Below are positions 59,151 through 64,000 of a DNA stretch of 64,000 bases, one piece after another. Position numbers and translations under genes: made by a program. The stretch spans positions 55,621-119,620 of the forward strand of contig CAVVTZ010000008.1 of assembly GCA_963751275.1 (NCBI GenBank), given 5' to 3'. The notes below the pieces were generated by a model. The model ran no database searches, was not told the origin of the DNA, and saw only the letters and a program-made list of their open reading frames with translations. Each line of letters opens with the position of its first letter. Position 1 is the stretch's first letter. Origin of the DNA: an uncultured Gemmatimonadaceae bacterium (lineage in GTDB: Bacteria > Gemmatimonadota > Gemmatimonadetes > Gemmatimonadales > Gemmatimonadaceae).

Positions 59151-59761
59151 GCGAGATGAAGGAACTGCCGGGCGGCGCGCAGGCGCACACGTCGAGCTTC
59201 GTGGACGCCGGCGCGAAGGTGGGGAAGGGCACGAAGATCTGGCACTTCTGCCACATCATGCCCGGCGCGGTGATCGGCGAGCAGTGCTCGCTGGGCCAGA
59301 ACGTGGTGGTGATGCCGCGCGTGACGCTCGGGCGGAACGTGAAGGTGCAGAACAACGTGAGCATCTACGAGGGCGTGATCTGCGAGGACGACGTGTTCCT
59401 CGGCCCGTCGATGGTGTTCACGAACGTGATCAACCCGCGCAGCCACGTGTCGCGGAAGAACGAGTATCAGACGACCATCGTGCGCCGGGGCGTGAGTATC
59501 GGCGCGAACGCGACGGTGGTGTGCGGCACGGTGCTGGGCGAGTATGCGTTCGTCGGCGCCGGCGCGGTCGTGACGCGCGACGTGCCGGCCTTCGCGCTGG
59601 TGGTGGGCGTCCCGGCGCAGATCGCCGGCTGGATGTGTCAATGCGGCGAGCGCTTGCCGTTGGATGCGCGGATCATGGGACCGCTGCAGGTGACGTGCGC
59701 GGTGTGCGGGCAGAGCTACACGGGGAGCGGGGATGATGTGGAGATGATACCGAGGAGCTAA
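59147..59761 (+). CDS. Hexapeptide N-acetyltransferase (WbpD/WlbB-like)
   Basis: KIWHFCHI, VKVQNNVSIYEGV, GPSMVFTNVINPRS, GWMCQCG. Confidence 0.92.
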   Translation: MSEMKELPGGAQAHTSSFVDAGAKVGKGTKIWHFCHIMPGAVIGEQCSLGQNVVVMPRVTLGRNVKVQNNVSIYEGVICEDDVFLGPSMVFTNVINPRSHVSRKNEYQTTIVRRGVSIGANATVVCGTVLGEYAFVGAGAVVTRDVPAFALVVGVPAQIAGWMCQCGERLPLDARIMGPLQVTCAVCGQSYTGSGDDVEMIPRS

Positions 59762-59765
59762 CGGC

Positions 59766-59882
59766 GGCCTGTCGGCCGTTGGCTGTGGGCTGTCGCCCAC
59801 AACTGCACAAACAAGACGGCCGCCCCAGACGGAGCGGCCGTTCGTTTTCGTTTTGGCAGGCGACAGCCAACAGGCGACAGCC
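59766..59882. terminator. Terminator hairpin nested inside inverted 7-nt repeats, between convergent acetyltransferase and tRNA
   Basis: Stem 59815-59842 with A-rich 5' side and TTTT runs 3'; GGCTGTC-type heptads left, GACAGCC-type right. Confidence 0.7.
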
Positions 59883-59906
59883 GAGATCCGTTGTCCGTAG
59901 TTGGAA

Positions 59907-59980
59907 TGGGCGCGGAGGGGATCGAACCCCCGACCTCTGGTATGTGAGACCAGCGCTCTAACCAGCTGAGCTACGCGCCC
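59907..59980 (-). tRNA. tRNA-Val(CAC), CCA not encoded
   Basis: GGGCGCGTAGCTCAGCTGGTTAGAGCG-CTGGT CT CAC AT ACCAG-AGGTC-GGGGGTTCGATCCCCTC-CGCGCCCA cloverleaf. Confidence 0.96.
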
Positions 59981-60060
59981 GAATGCGAGAGGGAATTCTA
60001 ACGGAAGCGCGCGTGCCGGGGTAGTGGCGCTAACCGCAGAGGCGGGTGTAGAGTTGGCGT

Positions 60061-61416
60061 GTGGTAAACCTCTCTTTTCTCGATCGCGAGCGGTCCATCG
60101 CGAAAAGCGGGTTCAGTCGCTGGCGTGTGCCGCCGGCGGCGCTGGCGATCCACCGTGCATCGGGCAGGTGTACGCCTTTCGGTGTCGAGATTCCGCTGTC
60201 GCGGCTGCTCGGTCGGCACGCGCGCTGCGCCGGATGACTGGAAGCTCTCCACCATTGGCTGGGTCTTCGACGCTGCGCGATCGTCTTCCTGGGACTTTCG
60301 GCGGCGGTGTTCGGCGCGTGGCTCGACGCGGTAGGGCCACGCCGCGCGATGTTCGCGAGTGCCGTGTGCTTCAGCGGCGGATTCATGGTCGGTGCCGCGG
60401 GATCGCGACGCACCAGTTCTGGCTGCTCGTGCTCGGACGGCGTGCTCGGCGGCGCGTGGACTCGGGATCGGATACATCCGCCGGTGTCGACGCTCGTCGA
60501 AGTCGGTTCCCCGACCGGCCGGGGATGGCGACGGGCATGGCGATCATGGGCTTCGGCGGCGGCGCGATGATCGCGAGTCCGCTCTCGGTCGTACTCATGA
60601 ACCAGTTCGAGGGGCCCGGTCGTCTCGGCGTGTGGCAGACCTTCGTCACGCTCGGCGCGATCTGTTTCGCGTTCATGATGTTCGGCGCGTTCACCGTGCG
60701 CGTGCCGGCGCCCGGATGGCAGCCGGCGGCTGGACGCCGCCGGCGGAGCAGCCGCGGATCACCACGCACAACGTGGAAGTGAACGAGGCGATGCGCACGG
60801 CAGCAGTTCTGGCTTCTCTGGATCATTCGTTCATGAACGTGACGGCCGGCATCGGGATCCTCGAGCAGGCGAGCCCGATGATCCAGGAGATCTTCAAGGG
60901 GCGCGTGCTCGCAGCGGCGGCGGCGGGCTTCGTCAGTCTCTTGAGTCTCGCGAACATGGGCGGGCGGTTCGCGTGGAGCTCGCTCAGCGACGTGATCAGG
61001 TCGCCGCGCGACGTACTTCATCTTCTTCGCGCTACGATCACGCTGTACGCAAGCATCCCGACCGTGGCGGGCACGCAGAGCGTCCCGCTCTTCGTGATCG
61101 TGTGCGCCGTGCTGCTCACCATGTACGGCGGCGGCTTCGCGACCATCCCGGCGTATCTGCGCGACCTGTTCGGAACAATGCGAGTTCGGCGCCGTGCACG
61201 GGCGCTTGCTCACCGCATGGAGCACCGCCGGCGTGCTCGGCCCAGTGCTCGTGAACTACATTCGCGAATACCAGATCGCGCACGGCGTGCCGAAGGCCGA
61301 CGCGTACAACGCGACCATGTACGTGATGGCGGCGCTGCTCGCCGTGGGCTTCGTCGCGAGTGTCTGGTGAAGGCAGTGATCCGAAGCACTGCTACCGCGG
61401 AGGGCCGAATGTCTGA
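60061..61416 (+). CDS. OFA (oxalate/formate antiporter)-family MFS transporter, many frameshifts
   Basis: FLDRERSIA..GFSRW.VPPAALAIH, GMATGMAIMGFGGGAMIASP, NVTAGIGIL, MYGGGFATIPAYL.DLFG in several frames. Confidence 0.8.
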
Positions 61417-61526
61417 GACCAGCAGCGGGGAAGCTGCGCACAGCAATGGCGTGGCTTTGGGTGGGGATCCCGCTCGCGTGGGGCGTGGCGGAGACCGTGA
61501 TCAAGTCGGCGGCGTTGTTCCGGTGA
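61409..61526 (+). CDS. Putative small membrane partner of the MFS transporter, frameshifted
   Basis: MSETSSG....WVGIPLAWGVAETVIKSAALFR* reconstructed across an indel. Confidence 0.5.
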
Positions 61527-62450
61527 TGCGGTCGCTTGTTTCGTCGCTGCTCACTGTGCGCCGGCGCGCTCGGCGCGATGAGCTGCTCGCAACCGGTCGG
61601 CCAGCAATCCGGTGCCCCCCGGCGCATGGTCCGTGCGCTCGCCGGTGCCCACGCCGCGCGTCTGCTCGGCGCGCGTGATGCGGCGAACTCTGCGGTGGGC
61701 GGCTTCATCGACAGCGCCAGCTCTCGAGTCGGCACCGATGCTCGAGGTTTACGATCCTCTTCGCGATGGTGGGCGACGAAAGCGCCGATGCCCACGCGCC
61801 AGCGGCAACTGTCGCCGTGGGTGTGGTGAACGGCATCCCCGCCGTCGGCGGCCAGGCGGCGCCCCTCCTACGGCGCCGGCGACGCTTCGACGACGTTCGG
61901 CGTCTCGACCCGGCGACGATGCGTGGTCGAGAGACCGATGCCGACGGCGCGCGCGCGCCCTTGCCATCGCCGTCGTGAACGGCAACTCTACGCGATCGGT
62001 GGGCGATCCCGAACGTGCTGGGCCGGCCCGATGGTCGCGACGGTCGAGCATCGATCGGCCACCGACAGCTGGTCACCAAGGCGCCGATGTCTGCCCCACG
62101 CTGCTGCTCCGGCCCGCGACGGTGAATCGGGATCATCTACGCCGTGGGCGGTTTCGATGGAACCTCGATCTCGGCGTCGTCGGAGCCTCGGTCGGCCGCG
62201 ATCGTGGTACGACGAAGAACTGCCGTGCCGGTGGCTCGTTGCCCCCACGGCGGCGGCGATCGGCGACGCGCTGTACGTGACCGGCCGGAGCTCGACCGGG
62301 ACCTCAGCGACGGACGATCTCGAATCAACGATCCGCGGCTGGTACTTGGTCTCGGCAGCACCCAATGCCGACCGCGCGACGGCCTGGCCGGTGTGATGGT
62401 GCGTCGATGCTGGTGGTGGCCGGCGAAACGGGGTCGGCTTCGATTCGATC
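61526..62450 (+). CDS. Kelch-repeat protein, heavily frameshifted (ends approximate)
   Basis: Fragments LEVYDP, PMPT.R, VGVVNG, QLYAIGG, IYAVGGFDG, AAIGDALYVTG. Confidence 0.6.
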
Positions 62451-62559
62451 ACCTGGTCGACCACCGAACAGTCTTTCGCCAGCGGCACGTGCCCGGCCGA
62501 TGACCGCTTCCTCGGAGGAGTCGGTCTCGTCAAGTCGGCGGCGCTTTTGGATGATGAAC

Positions 62560-64000
62560 GATCTTCCATCAGGACGTCTCGCGTTTTCGCATGCTGCAGC
62601 ATGCGCGCACCAGCATCCACCGTGGCAATGTGTGGTGGCACCGCTACAGCACTGGGGCTCCGCGCGGATGGGAACACGGGTAATGTCAATGTCGTCATGG
62701 TCTCCCTTCTGAGCCCACCGCCAGCATCAACCCCACCGCACTGGTACCATGTCAGTCTCTGAAACGTGATGGCGCGGGTTCGAGCATTTTTTGCGCGCCG
62801 AACTACCTCGCCGTCCGCGATCACGTGGAGCGAGTTAGATCCATCGCGGCGTCGGGTCCCCCTAGTCGATCTGCCAATGGGACATCACGAACGGCTTGGC
62901 CGTGGAAACTTTGTGATGGCGACGCAATTTCTTCGCGGCACTCGAAGTACGACCCGCGCTCGGCAGTCTCCTGGTCGAACCGCTTCCGGGAGAATCGTCG
63001 CGATGCCTGCGTACCGGAGTCTGAAGTCACAGTCAGCGGCGACCAGGTGGTGTTCGGCCCCGAGGCTGTCGAATGCGGAAAGCCGTTTGTGATGGTCGGT
63101 GTGCACGCCACCGGGGGTTCGCCGGCGTGCAATCTGAAGCTGGTGAGCATCTCGATGCCTTCAAGCACGGCTCACCGTTCCACCGGCTGGCGCTGGTGCA
63201 AAGACACAGCGGCTATTGGTCAGAGATGGTCGCCCACTGGAGATGGTCAATGCGGGAAATGCGCGCGACCGAGCAGTCGTTCGCTAGCGCAGGCTGCCGC
63301 GCAACGGGGATCCCGTGAGAAGTTGCGCCGGCGCGCGCGATCCTAGTGCCGATCACCGCTGTGCAACACGGGACAGCTCCAACGACACGTGTGGCGGTCT
63401 CCTAGATCGATCTCGCTGGTCCTATCTCATCGCGGTCACGATGTCGCGAGTGTGCTCGCGCGAACCATGCAGCACATCACAAGTGGGCATCCGGTTCGCG
63501 CTCGGTGGCCCTCGCCGGTGCATGGCCGGGCTCGTGCACGGAAAGCCTGCTGCTGCGCGACACTGCGCGCGCTGGCTGTGAGCCTTGTGGTCGCAATCGC
63601 CGGCACGGCGTTCGTCCGCCCGCGCCTGGCAATATGGGCGTGGATGCTTCGGCCTGGGCGACACGCGCGATTCTCGACGCCCGCGGCGCTGGTCCTGGCG
63701 CTGATCATGGGTGTAATGCCCGGATAGTGCAGCTCACATCGAGCTATGTGGCCAACGTGGAAGTCGGTCCATGCGGACATCTCGACGCGGCGAGCGTCTC
63801 CGCGGGTGCGCTGCTGCTGGCGCAAGCGACACTTTCGTGACTGTTTTGCTGGTGGGCGCCGGTCTCTTCGTGCGGAGTCTCGCGCGCGCGAAGGCGACGG
63901 ATTTGGGGTTCAAACACGAACCATGTGTGGTCGCATCCATCTGAACGACAAGACTTGGCAGCATCTTTCGGATCGGGCTCTGCGCTCGATGGCGATGGAA
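62560..64000 (+). CDS. MacB/FtsX-like ABC transporter permease, heavily frameshifted, runs off window (start approximate)
   Basis: Fragments VGIRFALGG, TESLLL, LLAQATLS, LLVGAGLFVRSLARAKATDLGF. Confidence 0.55.

Overview
High-GC bacterial chromosomal window, almost entirely + strand core genes. Gene content and order suggest Gemmatimonadota/FCB group (inference, no search run). Order: radC, relA/spoT, uvrB, tsaE-tsaB-rimI, ssb, LysM protein, epimerase-tolQRAB-pal-cpoB-tatC-lptD-like, FN3-like lipoprotein, hutH-hutU-radical SAM-hutI, TPR protein, polyprenyl synthase, tatA, ppiD(-), TPR protein, aroQ, Xaa-Pro peptidase, accB-pilT/U-accC-comB-ftsK, two accessory ORFs, yraN, recA-recX, alaS, GGGP synthase-like, PHP phosphatase, gmhA, SDR, asparaginase, cca, ZIP, rarA, hflX, wbpA/B/D-like, tRNA-Val(CAC)(-), then a badly indel-damaged tail (OFA MFS, Kelch protein, ABC permease). 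Many essential genes carry single-base frameshifts, best explained as long-read errors. The most striking unexplained signal is a dispersed intergenic hairpin family: about 73-bp arms built from a 21-nt tandem unit plus a 28-nt core, present as three full copies, one core-only copy and three solo arms, two of which bracket single genes. Two unrelated repeat-armed palindromes also occur. Exported proteins are rich in D-S/T-hydrophobic motifs resembling the Bacteroidota O-glycosylation sequon. No CRISPR array, integrase or transposase was seen.
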